A stretch of 64,000 nt of DNA from Abditibacteriaceae bacterium (GTDB lineage: Bacteria; Armatimonadota; Abditibacteriia; Abditibacteriales; Abditibacteriaceae): positions 3,072,001 through 3,136,000 of the forward strand of contig OZ255721.1 in NCBI GenBank assembly GCA_965277285.1. Reading direction: 5' to 3'. The number at the start of each line of letters is the position of its first letter. Position 1 is the first letter of the stretch. The notes below the pieces were generated by a model. The model made no database searches. It worked only from the letters and a program-made list of their open reading frames with translations, and was not told the origin of the DNA. Positions 21,235 to 31,163 of the stretch are shown here, one piece after another. Made by a program: the position numbers and the translations under genes.

Positions 21235-21253
21235 TCGTTGTTGCGCCGAATGG

Positions 21254-21284
21254 AAAGCCGTCCGCGCTGTGCGGGCGGCTTTTT
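21254..21284 (+). terminator. Intrinsic terminator
   Basis: AAAGCCGTCCGC-loop-GCGGGCGGCTTTTT. Confidence 0.75.
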
Positions 21285-21385
21285 CGTGTCTGACGTTTAG
21301 GTTAGAATAAAGCCGAATAAATATATACACTGATGTAGAGTTTTATTTTGCAATCGAGTACTCGATTGTCCCCCAAAGGTTTCCT

Positions 21386-21679
21386 GTGCGTTTATCTTCT
21401 GAAGAAATCGACCACATCGCGCTGCTGGCTCGCCTGGAACTTTCGCCCGTCGAACGCGAGCGCGCCGCGACCGAATTGTCGCAAATCCTCGATCACTTCG
21501 AGCAATTGAAGCAGCTCGATACCGAAAACGTTGCGCCAACCAGCCACGTTTTTCCCGTCACAAATGTTTTGCGCCGCGATGAAGTGCGCCCAAGTTTGCC
21601 GCTCGATGCCGTCTTGCAAAACGCGCCCGAAAGCGCCGCAGGACAATTCCAAGTGCCACGCGTCGTCGAAGCGGAATAA
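21386..21679 (+). CDS. gatC: Asp/Glu-tRNA amidotransferase subunit C
   Basis: HIALLARLEL, NVLRRD, NAPE...FQVPRVV; upstream of gatA. Confidence 0.95.
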   Translation: MRLSSEEIDHIALLARLELSPVERERAATELSQILDHFEQLKQLDTENVAPTSHVFPVTNVLRRDEVRPSLPLDAVLQNAPESAAGQFQVPRVVEAE

Positions 21680-21811
21680 CAATGCAAAGGATGAAGGATG
21701 AGTTGTGAAGGATGAACTCGAGTACTCGAGTACTCGATATTAAAACTGTGTCGTTTCAGTTTTCGCGTTCGGCTTCATCCTTCATAATTTATTCTTCAGC
21801 CTTCTTCTCCT

Positions 21812-23272
21812 ATGTCTCTTACTCAACTTTCCGCGCACCAGATCGCGCACCAAATCAAATCGAAATCGCTGTCGTGCCGCGAAGTGACAGACGCGTTTTT
21901 AGAGCGCATCGAAGTCGTTGAAGATCGCGTCAAATCGTTTGTCACGGTGACGGGCGATGAAGCGCGGCGTCGCGCCGATTCGCTGGATCGTCGTCTGGCG
22001 CAAGGCGAAGAATTGGGGCCGTTGGGCGGCGTGCCGATTGCGGTCAAGGATTTGTTGTGTACGCGTGGCGTGCGCACAACGTGTTCTTCCAAAATGCTCG
22101 AAAACTTCGTGCCGCCGTATGACGCGCACGTTGTCGAGCGTTTGGCGGTCGATGGCGCGGTCACAATTGGCAAGGCGAATATGGACGAGTTCGCCATGGG
22201 AAGTTCGACGGAAAACTCGGCGTTTTTTCCGACGCGCAACCCGTGGGATTTAAGTTGTGTGCCAGGCGGCAGCTCGGGCGGTTCGACGGCTGCCGTCGCC
22301 GCGCTTGAAGCGCCGCTTGCGTTGGGCAGCGATACCGGTGGAAGTATTCGCCAACCGGCGGCCTATTGCGGATGCGTCGGTTTGAAGCCGACTTATGGCC
22401 TGGTTTCGCGCTATGGATTGATCGCTTTTGCCAGTTCGCTCGATCAAATCGGGCCGATCGCCAACGATGTGCGCGATTGCGCTCTGCTGCTGCAAACTAT
22501 CGCCGGACACGACAAGCGCGACACCACGAGCGTCAATCAATCAGTTCCCGATTACAGCAAAGCCTTGACGGGCGACATCAAAGGTTTGCGCGTCGGCGTT
22601 CCCCGCGAGTTTTTCGCGCAAGGCGTCGAAACGTATGTCGTTGAAGCCGTTCAAACGGCGATCAAGAAATATGAAGAGTTGGGCGCGCACGTTGTCGAAG
22701 TTTCGATGCCGTCCGTTGAATACGCGCTGGCGACGTATTACATCATCGCGCCCAGCGAGGCCTCGTCTAATCTGGCGCGCTACGACGGCGTGCAATATGG
22801 ACTTCGAATACTCGAACAAGGCGATGACATCATTCAAATGCTGTCGAAAACGCGCGCCGCAGGTTTCGGCCACGAAGTGCAACATCGCATTCTCATCGGC
22901 ACGCACGCGCTGAGTTCGGGTTTTTACGACGCGTATTATCTCAAGGCGCAAAAAGTGCGAACCTTGATTCGGCAGGATTTCGCGCGCGCTTTTGAAGTTT
23001 GCGACGTTTTGGCGACGCCGACTGCACCGACGACAGCGTTCAAGTTGGGCGATAAAACCGGTGATCCGTTTGCGATGAAATTGGCGGACGTTTGCACGAT
23101 TCCCGTCAATATGGCGGGACTTCCGGCGATGTCTTTGCCGTGTGGCTTCCATGAAAATCTTCCGATTGGCTTGCAACTGATCGGCAATTTGCTGGACGAA
23201 AGCACGCTTTTGCGCGCCGCGCACGCTTACGAACAAGCGACCGAATGGCACAAACAGCGCGCGAAACTGTAA
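21812..23272 (+). CDS. gatA: Asp/Glu-tRNA amidotransferase subunit A
   Basis: Amidase signature [37 protein letters not shown]. Confidence 0.97.
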   Translation: MSLTQLSAHQIAHQIKSKSLSCREVTDAFLERIEVVEDRVKSFVTVTGDEARRRADSLDRRLAQGEELGPLGGVPIAVKDLLCTRGVRTTCSSKMLENFVPPYDAHVVERLAVDGAVTIGKANMDEFAMGSSTENSAFFPTRNPWDLSCVPGGSSGGSTAAVAALEAPLALGSDTGGSIRQPAAYCGCVGLKPTYGLVSRYGLIAFASSLDQIGPIANDVRDCALLLQTIAGHDKRDTTSVNQSVPDYSKALTGDIKGLRVGVPREFFAQGVETYVVEAVQTAIKKYEELGAHVVEVSMPSVEYALATYYIIAPSEASSNLARYDGVQYGLRILEQGDDIIQMLSKTRAAGFGHEVQHRILIGTHALSSGFYDAYYLKAQKVRTLIRQDFARAFEVCDVLATPTAPTTAFKLGDKTGDPFAMKLADVCTIPVNMAGLPAMSLPCGFHENLPIGLQLIGNLLDESTLLRAAHAYEQATEWHKQRAKL

Positions 23273-23392
23273 TCGAGTACTCGAATGGCGGATCGATTTT
23301 GACGGAATAGAATGTGAGTAAGAGTTCGTCATTCTGAGAATCAGTTGAAAAAGTCCGCACAACGTCTTCAAACTCGTAGTTTGTCATTCTGA

Positions 23393-24249
23393 GAGGGTGT
23401 ATAGGAATCACGCAAGCCTTCGGAGCATAAGCCGGATCATGGCGAGATAAATCCAGGTTTCACTTGATTTGACATTTTGCTCATAGTCTTTTGAAAGCCT
23501 TCGACATCTTCCCAACCATGCAAAAGTTCTTTCGACAACCCAGCGACGCGGCAACGGCACGTAGCCTTTGTTTTCATATTGACGGTTCACCAGGGCATTG
23601 CGGCTTATCACTCGGAGCGCAACGCCACAGTTTTCTCGCACCCAAGCCGCGAACTTGTGTCCCCAGTAGCCTGCATCCGCCCAAATCAACTGCAAACGTT
23701 GTGAAGGAAAGCGCCACAGGGCTTTGTCTTGCAAAAGTAATTTGGCTCCGTCACGCTCTTGAACGTTGGCAGCATGAACACACACTTGCAACAACAAGCC
23801 GTTGGTATCCACCAGAATATGACGCTTGCGCCCTTTTATTTTCTTGGCTGCATCAAAGCCTTTTGGCCCCCTTTTTCTGTGGTTTTGACGCTCTGGCTGT
23901 CCAGAATCGCTGCGCTGGGCGCCTCATCCCGTCCATCGGCCTGGCGCACTTGAGAACGCAACGAACTGTGGATACCTTCGAGAGTGCCGTTGTCACGCCA
24001 GCGCCGGAAGTGATACCAAACCACAGTGTAAGGCGGAAAATCGTGAGGCAAAGCACGCCACGAGCAGCCGTTGGTCAACTGATACAACAAAGCGTTGACG
24101 ATCTCGCGTTGGGCGTAAAGCCTGCGCGTACCGCGCGCACGCTGTGGCTCGATCAAAGGGCGCAGCACTTGCCATTGTGCCTCGCTCAAATCACTGGGAT
24201 AGCTCTGGCGTTTCATAAATGTAAGTCTAACCCTTTCCTATACACCCTC
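23393..24249 (-). mobile_element. IS5-family insertion sequence (IS1031-like) inserted in a family-A REP
   Basis: Perfect 15-bp terminal IRs GAGGGTGTATAGGAA / TTCCTATACACCCTC; flanks TGA and TAA; REP halves at 23379-23392 and 24250-24310. Confidence 0.93.
23408..24216 (-). CDS. IS5-family DDE transposase in two frames (orfA 24216-23836 plus orfB), joined by a -1 shift at A5G5
   Basis: [26 protein letters not shown]; -1 frame gives [39 protein letters not shown]. Confidence 0.9.
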
Positions 24250-24349
24250 TAAGCGCAGCGAAGAATCTATATGAAAAGCCAGATTCTTCGCTGCGCTCAG
24301 AATGACAAACTTTTACTTCGTTCATTCGTTAAAGGCGCAAAGGAAAATT

Positions 24350-24812
24350 ATGAAAGCGAAAATCGGCTGGATGGTTTTGTTGTCGTTGATGTTTGCGCGT
24401 GTCGCAATGGCCGCGCCGCTCAACCCAACGCAGATGCGCGCGATGAAAGCGGTTTACGCGCAGCAGGACAAGGCGCTGCTGGCCAAAAACTTGGACGCTT
24501 TTATGGCGCGCCGATGTCAACTTTCAGCGTAAAACGCGCAGTGGCCAGATGCGGACGGGTCGTGCTCTGGAGCGCGCCTATGTGCGGGAGGGTTTTCAAC
24601 ACATCAAATCGTTCGCTTCCGTCCGCACCACGCTGACCAAAACCGCTTTCGCCGGCAACAAAATCGTTGTTGTCGCGCTGATTCGGTTTTCCGCTGTGGT
24701 TCGCAATTCGGAAGGCAAAGGCGCGCTCCTATCTTCGACTTCGACTTCGCGCGACACCTGGATTCCCACGCGCAGCGGCTGGCGCATACGCCTGACCGAA
24801 GAGTTGAGCTAA
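24350..24812 (+). pseudogene. Secreted NTF2-like/DUF4440 protein, frameshifted near 24510
   Basis: Signal peptide MKAKIG; frame switch at GCGCGCC; C-terminal SRDTWIPTRSGWRI matches the neighbour's SVWISTPRGWL. Confidence 0.65.
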
Positions 24813-24848
24813 GCCGAATCGAGTACTCGAACGACGCAAAGGAACATT

Positions 24849-25361
24849 ATGAGAATAAAAACTGTGTGGACGTTGCTGTTGTTGAGCTTGATGATTCGCG
24901 TCAGTTGTGCGGCAGAAAAGCCGTTGCGACCTGCGACAGCGGCGGAACTGAAGGCGTTCAACAAGCTATTTTTGCAAGGACGCCAAGCCACTTTGCGCCG
25001 CGACAGGCGTTTTCTGGCCAGCCGATTAGCTCCGAACTTTACCATTCGTGACTTGAAAAGAACGATGAACCGCGCGCAATATCTTCGTTATATGGATGCT
25101 GTGGATAAGGTGATTGTCAAATTTGACGCGGCGAATTTTACAATAGAAACGCTCGGTTTTCGTGACAAACGCGCTTTTGTTACGGCGACAAATATGAACG
25201 CTTTTACGATGCGCGATCATAGTGGGAAACTTCGCCATGTGAAGGCCACGAATCGTTTAAACAGCGTATGGATTTCGACGCCGCGCGGTTGGTTGAGCGA
25301 GTCAGCGATTCAAATAGCCGAACGCGGTTGGATTGATGGACACGAAGTTCGGTCGCGTTGA
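24849..25361 (+). CDS. Secreted NTF2-like/DUF4440 protein
   Basis: Signal peptide; LAPNFTI...MNRAQY; WISTPRGWL. Confidence 0.7.
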   Translation: MRIKTVWTLLLLSLMIRVSCAAEKPLRPATAAELKAFNKLFLQGRQATLRRDRRFLASRLAPNFTIRDLKRTMNRAQYLRYMDAVDKVIVKFDAANFTIETLGFRDKRAFVTATNMNAFTMRDHSGKLRHVKATNRLNSVWISTPRGWLSESAIQIAERGWIDGHEVRSR

Positions 25362-25406
25362 ATAGAAGCGAATCGCATACTCGATTTATTGCAGAGAACC
25401 TTATTT

Positions 25407-26435
25407 ATGAGTGAAGAAAAGATTGTTTCGGCTGAACCTGCGAAGCGCAAAATCAACAAGCCGCCGGTGTTGTTTGAGAAAACGCAGAAGCTGATCGCGC
25501 AATTGGAAGACGAATGCGACGGCACGTTTTTGTCGTATTGGACTTCGTATGGCGGCAGCGTGTGCGACAGCGATGTCGTCGGCTTGCACGAAATTTTGCA
25601 AAGCATCGGCGCGCGCGAACGCGTCGTCGTCTTCGTCAAGTCGGACGGCGGTTCGGGTTTGGCAGCGCTGCGCATCGTGCATCTGCTGCGCCATTACGCG
25701 TCTCATGTGCGCGTGCTCGTGCCGCTGGCGTGCGCTTCCGCCGCCACAATGGTCGCGCTGGGCGCTGATGAAATCCATATGGGGCCGCTGGCGTATTTGA
25801 CCGCAGTTGATACGTCTCTGACGCACGATTTGTCGCCGATTGATTCTTATAACCGCCGCGTTTCGGTCAGCCAGGACGAGTTGACACGCACCATCAAATT
25901 GTGGCAACGTGAAGCGCAGGGCGATGAATCGAATCCGTATCAGGCGTTGTATCAGCACGTTCATCCGCTTGTAATTGGCGCGGTGGATCGTTCGAGTTCG
26001 TTGTCGATCAAGGTTTGCACCGATATTTTGTCGCATCACATGAGCGACCGCGCGCAGGCCGAGAAAATCAGTCATCATTTGAACAACGATTATCCCGCGC
26101 ACGATTATCCGATTATGCTGGAAGAAGCGCGGCGCATCGGCCTCAACGTGCAGCCTTTGGAACCGCGCTTGAATCATTTGTTGCTGGAATTGAACAAGGT
26201 GTATTCGGAAATGGGTCAAAAGGCGACGACGCATTTCGATGAGCATCATTATCACAACAACGCGATTTTGAATATCTTGGAAGGCCGCAACATTCAGGTT
26301 TATTTCCAGAACGATGTCGACTGGCATTATCGCGCCGAAGAGCGGCGTTGGGCGCGCTTGGAAGACCAAAGCTCGTGGTATAAAGCCGAGCGTAGAAACG
26401 GTAAAATCCATAAGGCGCTTTTCTATAACAGTTAA
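25407..26435 (+). CDS. ClpP-class serine protease (SDH_sah family)
   Basis: KSDGGS, VPLACASAATMVALGADEIHMG, DYPAHDYPI..EEARRIGL. Confidence 0.8.
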   Translation: MSEEKIVSAEPAKRKINKPPVLFEKTQKLIAQLEDECDGTFLSYWTSYGGSVCDSDVVGLHEILQSIGARERVVVFVKSDGGSGLAALRIVHLLRHYASHVRVLVPLACASAATMVALGADEIHMGPLAYLTAVDTSLTHDLSPIDSYNRRVSVSQDELTRTIKLWQREAQGDESNPYQALYQHVHPLVIGAVDRSSSLSIKVCTDILSHHMSDRAQAEKISHHLNNDYPAHDYPIMLEEARRIGLNVQPLEPRLNHLLLELNKVYSEMGQKATTHFDEHHYHNNAILNILEGRNIQVYFQNDVDWHYRAEERRWARLEDQSSWYKAERRNGKIHKALFYNS

Positions 26436-26516
26436 GCGACTTTGTTGACTTACGAAATCGAGTACTCGATTCGTGATATTTTTGGACGGGCGCCAGCAGG
26501 CGCACAGGAGAAAGCA

Positions 26517-27038
26517 ATGCAGACATTTCGTTCCGCCATTCGTCCCACCGCCGTTTTGATGAGTGCTCTCGCGTTGACGGCAAGCGTGGCGCCGCGCGTT
26601 TCGGCCGCGCCGTATCGCAGCGCCAACGGTTACACGATCACGCCGCCCGCGGGTTGGACAACTTCGCACGGCACGCCAGGAACCGAAGTCGTGTTTATGA
26701 GCAAAACGCGCGAGAACATCAACGTGGTGACGGTGGCCGTTCCTAAAAGCGTCACTCTGGAGCAGGCGCGCGCGGCGGGAGTGGCACAAATGCGCCGCGT
26801 AATGACCAACTACAAAGTGTTGGGTCAAGGCTACACAACGTTGGGCGGACAGCGCGCCGCCGTTCTGGTTTCGGGCTACATGCTGAGCCAGCCGCCCATC
26901 AAGGTGCGCGCGTATCAAGCGTTCGCCATCCACAACGGCAAACTGGTTGCTTTTACCTGCACGGCGCGCGAGGCGACGTTCGGCAAATACAACAGCGCAT
27001 TTATGGGCGCGCTGTCTTCGGTGCGCTGGACGAAGTAA
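26517..27038 (+). CDS. Secreted PsbP/DcrB-like protein
   Basis: RBS AGGAG; signal peptide; GYTITPPAGW, ENINVV, FTCTA..F. Confidence 0.7.
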   Translation: MQTFRSAIRPTAVLMSALALTASVAPRVSAAPYRSANGYTITPPAGWTTSHGTPGTEVVFMSKTRENINVVTVAVPKSVTLEQARAAGVAQMRRVMTNYKVLGQGYTTLGGQRAAVLVSGYMLSQPPIKVRAYQAFAIHNGKLVAFTCTAREATFGKYNSAFMGALSSVRWTK

Positions 27039-27068
27039 AACGAAATTCTCCCTTCCGCCTTCTTCCCT

Positions 27069-28535
27069 ATGTCAAAATATGAAATCGTCATCGGCATGGA
27101 AGTTCATGCCGAACTTCTTACTCAATCGAAGCAGTTTTGTGGTTGCGCGAATGTCGCTCTGGCGCCGCCGAACACGCACGTTTGTCCGGTTTGCCTGGGC
27201 TTTCCTGGAAGCCTTCCAGTTCTCAACGCCAAGAGCGTCGATCTTTCGTTGCGCACGGTTTTGGCGTTCGGTTCTAAAATTAATCGCGATTGTATTTTCG
27301 AGCGCAAGAATTATTTTTATCCCGATTTGCCCAAAGCCTATCAAACCACGCAGGCGATGTTGCCGCTGGGCGAAGGCGGTTTTATCGAAATTGATGTGCC
27401 GCAAACCGATGAAAACGGCGTATCGAGTACTCGAACGCAGCGCGTCACGTTGCACGATGTTCACATGGAAGAAGACACCGGCAAATCTCAGCACGGCGAA
27501 AGCATTGGCGACCCCTCTTCCAGCTTGATCGACTACAATCGCTCGGGCGTGCCGCTGCTTGAAATCGTCTCCAATCCCGATATGCGCAGCGTTGAAGAAG
27601 CCGAAGCGTATATGACGGCGCTGCGCCAATTGCTGCTTTATCTCGAAGTCAGCGATTGCAAAATGGAGCAGGGACGCTTGCGCTTTGAAGCGAGCCTTTC
27701 GCTGCGACCTTTTGGTCAGGAAAAACTGGGCACGCGCGTCGAAGTAAAAAACCTCAACTCGATGAAAGCGGTGCGAGACAGTTTGCGTTCGGAAATCGCG
27801 CGCCAGACCAAAGTTTTGGATAGCGGCGGCATTGTCGAGCAGCAAACGATGTTGTGGGACGACGCATCGGGAACCACGCAGCCGATGCGCAGCAAGGAAC
27901 AAGCGCACGATTATCGTTATTTTCCTGAACCGGATTTGGTGCCGCTTTCGATTGATGATGCGTGGCTCCATCGCGTTCAAGGCGAAATGCCGGAATTGCC
28001 GCGCGCGCGCAAACAACGTTTCCAAGAATTGGGCTTATCGCCGTATGAAGCCGAAGTTTTAACCGCTTCGCGCGAACTGGCCGACTTTTACGAACGCGTG
28101 ATTGAAGGTTTCGGCAAACCAAAAATCGTCTCGAACTGGGTTTCCAACGAACTTTTGGGACGCTTGAACAACGAAAGCAAAACCGTCGCGGAATCGCCGG
28201 TTTCGCCCGACAAGTTGCGCGATTTGTTGAAGTTGCTGGACGCGGGCACGATTTCCGGCAAAATCGCCAAGGAAGTTTTCGACGAAATGTTCGCCAGTGG
28301 CCGCGACGCAGAAAGCATCGTCCGCGAAAAAGGCCTGACGCAAATGAGCGACACCAGCGAACTCGAAGCGATTTGCGCCAAAGTCCTTGCGGCCAATGCG
28401 CGCGCAGTGGAAGATTTCAAAGCGGGCAAAGAAAAATCGTTTGGCGCTCTGGTCGGCGGCGTGATGAAGGAAACCAAAGGCCGCGCCAACCCCAATTTGG
28501 TCAATGAATTGTTGCGAAAAATGTTGACTTCGTAG
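27069..28535 (+). CDS. gatB: Asp/Glu-tRNA amidotransferase subunit B
   Basis: VIGMEVHAEL, RKNYFYPDLPK, HMEEDTGK, DYNRSGVPLLEIV, YRYFPEPDL. Confidence 0.97.
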   Translation: MSKYEIVIGMEVHAELLTQSKQFCGCANVALAPPNTHVCPVCLGFPGSLPVLNAKSVDLSLRTVLAFGSKINRDCIFERKNYFYPDLPKAYQTTQAMLPLGEGGFIEIDVPQTDENGVSSTRTQRVTLHDVHMEEDTGKSQHGESIGDPSSSLIDYNRSGVPLLEIVSNPDMRSVEEAEAYMTALRQLLLYLEVSDCKMEQGRLRFEASLSLRPFGQEKLGTRVEVKNLNSMKAVRDSLRSEIARQTKVLDSGGIVEQQTMLWDDASGTTQPMRSKEQAHDYRYFPEPDLVPLSIDDAWLHRVQGEMPELPRARKQRFQELGLSPYEAEVLTASRELADFYERVIEGFGKPKIVSNWVSNELLGRLNNESKTVAESPVSPDKLRDLLKLLDAGTISGKIAKEVFDEMFASGRDAESIVREKGLTQMSDTSELEAICAKVLAANARAVEDFKAGKEKSFGALVGGVMKETKGRANPNLVNELLRKMLTS

Positions 28536-28596
28536 GGGCGTGGTTTCCCGCCCGATTTGCGCCTGATGAACAACGGGCGAGAAACCACGCCCCTAC
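28532..28596. repeat. GTAG-type REP doublet, family B; overlaps the gatB stop
   Basis: GTAGGGGCGTGGTTTCCCGCCCG ... CGGGCGAGAAACCACGCCCCTAC. Confidence 0.85.
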
Positions 28597-28624
28597 AAGT
28601 CGCATCGAGTACTCGAAAATCAAT

Positions 28625-29254
28625 ATGAGCAGTGCGCAAAACGTTCAAAGCAAAACTCGCTGGATTCGTTTTCTGGTCGCTTATGCGGGGCTGGGAGTCG
28701 CGGTCTGGCTGGCGTATTCCGTGGCGCAGGCGCACGCGATCAGCCATGCTTCCGGCCACGATATTCAAACGCGCATCGCTTACAACCTGACGCGCATCGG
28801 TTTTGTCACGCTGATCACGTTCAGTCTGTTGTTGTTGGTGATTCCGCCATTGCAACGTTGCATTCGTGGCGCCAAAGATTGGACGTTGGCGTGGGCGCCG
28901 CTGGCGATTGCAGGCAATGTGATCGTTGAAAAAGTGGGTAAAACGTTTTTCAAATTGCCACGACCTTACTCTCTGGAGAAAAATGGTTTTCCATCGGGAC
29001 ACGCGATGTTCGCGTTCTTGCTGGCCTGGCTGGTGACGGAAAAATATCCCAAACTGGCGCCGCTTTGGTATGGCGCGGCGGTCGCCATCGGCTGGGGACG
29101 CGTCGAAGCGGGCGCGCATTATCCGTATCAGGTTTTGGGCGGAGCGCTTTTTGGAATGCTAATGGGTTGGGCGATTTCAACCTTTGTGCGCCCTTCCGTT
29201 GAGGCCGATGCCACACATGACGTCGGTTTGCGCGAGCCCATTTCGCACGTTTAG
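28625..29254 (+). CDS. PAP2 family phosphatase
   Basis: K....PRP, FPSGHA, GRVEAGAHYP. Confidence 0.9.
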   Translation: MSSAQNVQSKTRWIRFLVAYAGLGVAVWLAYSVAQAHAISHASGHDIQTRIAYNLTRIGFVTLITFSLLLLVIPPLQRCIRGAKDWTLAWAPLAIAGNVIVEKVGKTFFKLPRPYSLEKNGFPSGHAMFAFLLAWLVTEKYPKLAPLWYGAAVAIGWGRVEAGAHYPYQVLGGALFGMLMGWAISTFVRPSVEADATHDVGLREPISHV

Positions 29255-29552
29255 AAATTTTTTGGGACACAGCGGCTTTGCCGACACGAGTTAGGCGGAT
29301 GAACACGGATTTTTCGGATGTACGGGCGAATTGCAATGCGCCTGTACGATGACCTTCGCCTTCCAATTCTTTTGATCCGTGCCAATCCGTTCCGGGTGCC
29401 CTCTGGGCGGATGTCGGCGCAGTCGCCGTGTCCAAAGGCCGTGTTCCCTTTACCAAAACTCGCGTCCTTTAGCGCCGTTTTCGCGCACGAAGTTGGCGTA
29501 ACCATCAAGATGTAACCATCAAGATGTAACTTTCGATTCGAGTACTCGATTT

Positions 29553-30080
29553 ATGATTATCATTACGGCGGTCGGCAAAGATCGGCCTGGCATGGCGCAC
29601 GCGCTGGCGGCGCAACTGGCGCAAAATGGCTGCAACATCGAAGACACCACGATGACGCGATTAAGTGGCGAATTCGCCATGATTCTCATCGTGTCGCCGC
29701 CGCAAAACCTGTCGGTTGAAACTTTGTCTCAATTGATCAAGCCACTGGAAAATTCGCACGGTTTGTTCATCAACTGCCGCGCCATTGAAGACGAAATTGA
29801 GACTGACGAAAGCGCCGCGCCGCGCTATTTGCTATCGGTTTATGGGCCGGAACGTAGCGGACTCGTCGCGCAAATAACGGGCGTCTTGGCGCAGCAAAAT
29901 GTCAACATCACCGATGTGCAAACGCGTGTTGCTTCGGCTGGCGCAGTTTATGTGATGCTCTTTGAAATCGAACTGCCCGCAAATTTGTCCGCTGAAACGT
30001 TGACTTCTTCGCTGGAAAACGTCGCCCGCGAGATCGGCGCGCAAGTTTCGTTGCGTCCCATCGAAGAAGAAACGCTCTGA
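29553..30080 (+). CDS. Tandem ACT-domain protein (GcvR-like)
   Basis: TAVGKDRPG, GCNIEDTTMTRL, second ACT YGPERSGLV..NVNITD. Confidence 0.85.
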   Translation: MIIITAVGKDRPGMAHALAAQLAQNGCNIEDTTMTRLSGEFAMILIVSPPQNLSVETLSQLIKPLENSHGLFINCRAIEDEIETDESAAPRYLLSVYGPERSGLVAQITGVLAQQNVNITDVQTRVASAGAVYVMLFEIELPANLSAETLTSSLENVAREIGAQVSLRPIEEETL

Positions 30081-30081
30081 T

Positions 30082-30240
30082 TTCACCACAAAGGACGCGA
30101 AGAGCGTGAAGAAAAAGAAAAGAAGAGATTGATGAATATCGAGTACTCGATGGCGCAACGTACGGGTGATTCGGCGAATCGCCCGTACAACTCGTCCTTT
30201 TTTCTTGTTTCCTCGCGCTCTTCGTGTCCTTCGCGGTCAA
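30082..30240. repeat. Imperfect inverted repeat (CACAAAGGACGCGAAGAG family) enclosing a 12-mer copy
   Basis: TTCACCACAAAGGACGCGAAGAGCG ... CGCTCTTCGTGTCCTTCGCGGTCAA. Confidence 0.65.
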
Positions 30241-30265
30241 TTGGTTTTTGCTGAAGCACTCCATT

Positions 30266-30772
30266 ATGCCGATTCGTCCCGTTCTGCTGGTTCCCGATGC
30301 ACGCTTGAAAACGCCGTGCGAAGTCGTCACTGATTTCGGCGAAGCCTTGCGCGCGTTGGTGCGCGACTTGGAAGACACGATGGCCGATAACATAGGCTGC
30401 GTTGGTATTGCGGCCTGTCAAATTGGCGCCATGCAGCGCGTGGCGATTGTCGATACTTCGATTCATCGCAAGCACGGCGATCAAAGTCAGGGACGATTTG
30501 TTCTGGTCAATCCGAAATTGGTGCGGCAAAGCGGCGAAAATATCGGGCGCGAAGGCTGTTTATCGCTGCCCGATTTTACGGCGAACGTGCGTCGCGCGAT
30601 TGAAGTGACAGTTGAATATCGGGACAAAAACGGCGAACATCGCGTACTCGAAGCGCGCGATTTTGAAGCGGTCGCGCTGCAACACGAACTCGATCATTTG
30701 GACGGCGTTTTGTTTTTGGATCGCGTCGCTAATCTGCAAACCGATATTTTTCCGCGCAAAGTGAAGAAGTGA
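30266..30772 (+). CDS. def: Peptide deformylase
   Basis: GIAACQIG, EGCLS, QHELDHLDG. Confidence 0.95.
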   Translation: MPIRPVLLVPDARLKTPCEVVTDFGEALRALVRDLEDTMADNIGCVGIAACQIGAMQRVAIVDTSIHRKHGDQSQGRFVLVNPKLVRQSGENIGREGCLSLPDFTANVRRAIEVTVEYRDKNGEHRVLEARDFEAVALQHELDHLDGVLFLDRVANLQTDIFPRKVKK

Positions 30773-31110
30773 TTTCCTTGAATTGTGGGAAGAGGAAGAG
30801 GTGGTTCCCTTTGCCCAAAGATGAAAGAGATGGTGAAGAACTCAGGCGCTTTGAGCTATTAGTGGAACACGCCAAGCAAGAGGAATCTTCAAAAACGATA
30901 GACCCCTTTTATATGGGAGCCTGTGGTTTATTTTTCGGTGGCCTTGCTGGTGCCTTTTCGTTCTGCCTTTTGGTTCTCCTGTATGCCACTGGCGGAAGCC
31001 CCGTAGGTTTTTTGCTGGAACTCCTTATTGTTACGCTCATTTGTGCGGGGCTTGGCGCTTTGATTTTCCCTGTGCTGGTACGAAAGTTACTATCTGTCTT
31101 TCGTAAATAA
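30769..31110 (+). CDS. Small two-TM membrane hypothetical protein
   Basis: Overlaps the def stop (GTGA); two hydrophobic helices; AT-richer. Confidence 0.55.
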   Translation: MISLNCGKRKRWFPLPKDERDGEELRRFELLVEHAKQEESSKTIDPFYMGACGLFFGGLAGAFSFCLLVLLYATGGSPVGFLLELLIVTLICAGLGALIFPVLVRKLLSVFRK

Positions 31111-31163
31111 CTTTGCTACACAAAGCAATGCCTTAATTTCCAGACTTTTCCATTTCTCGCGCT

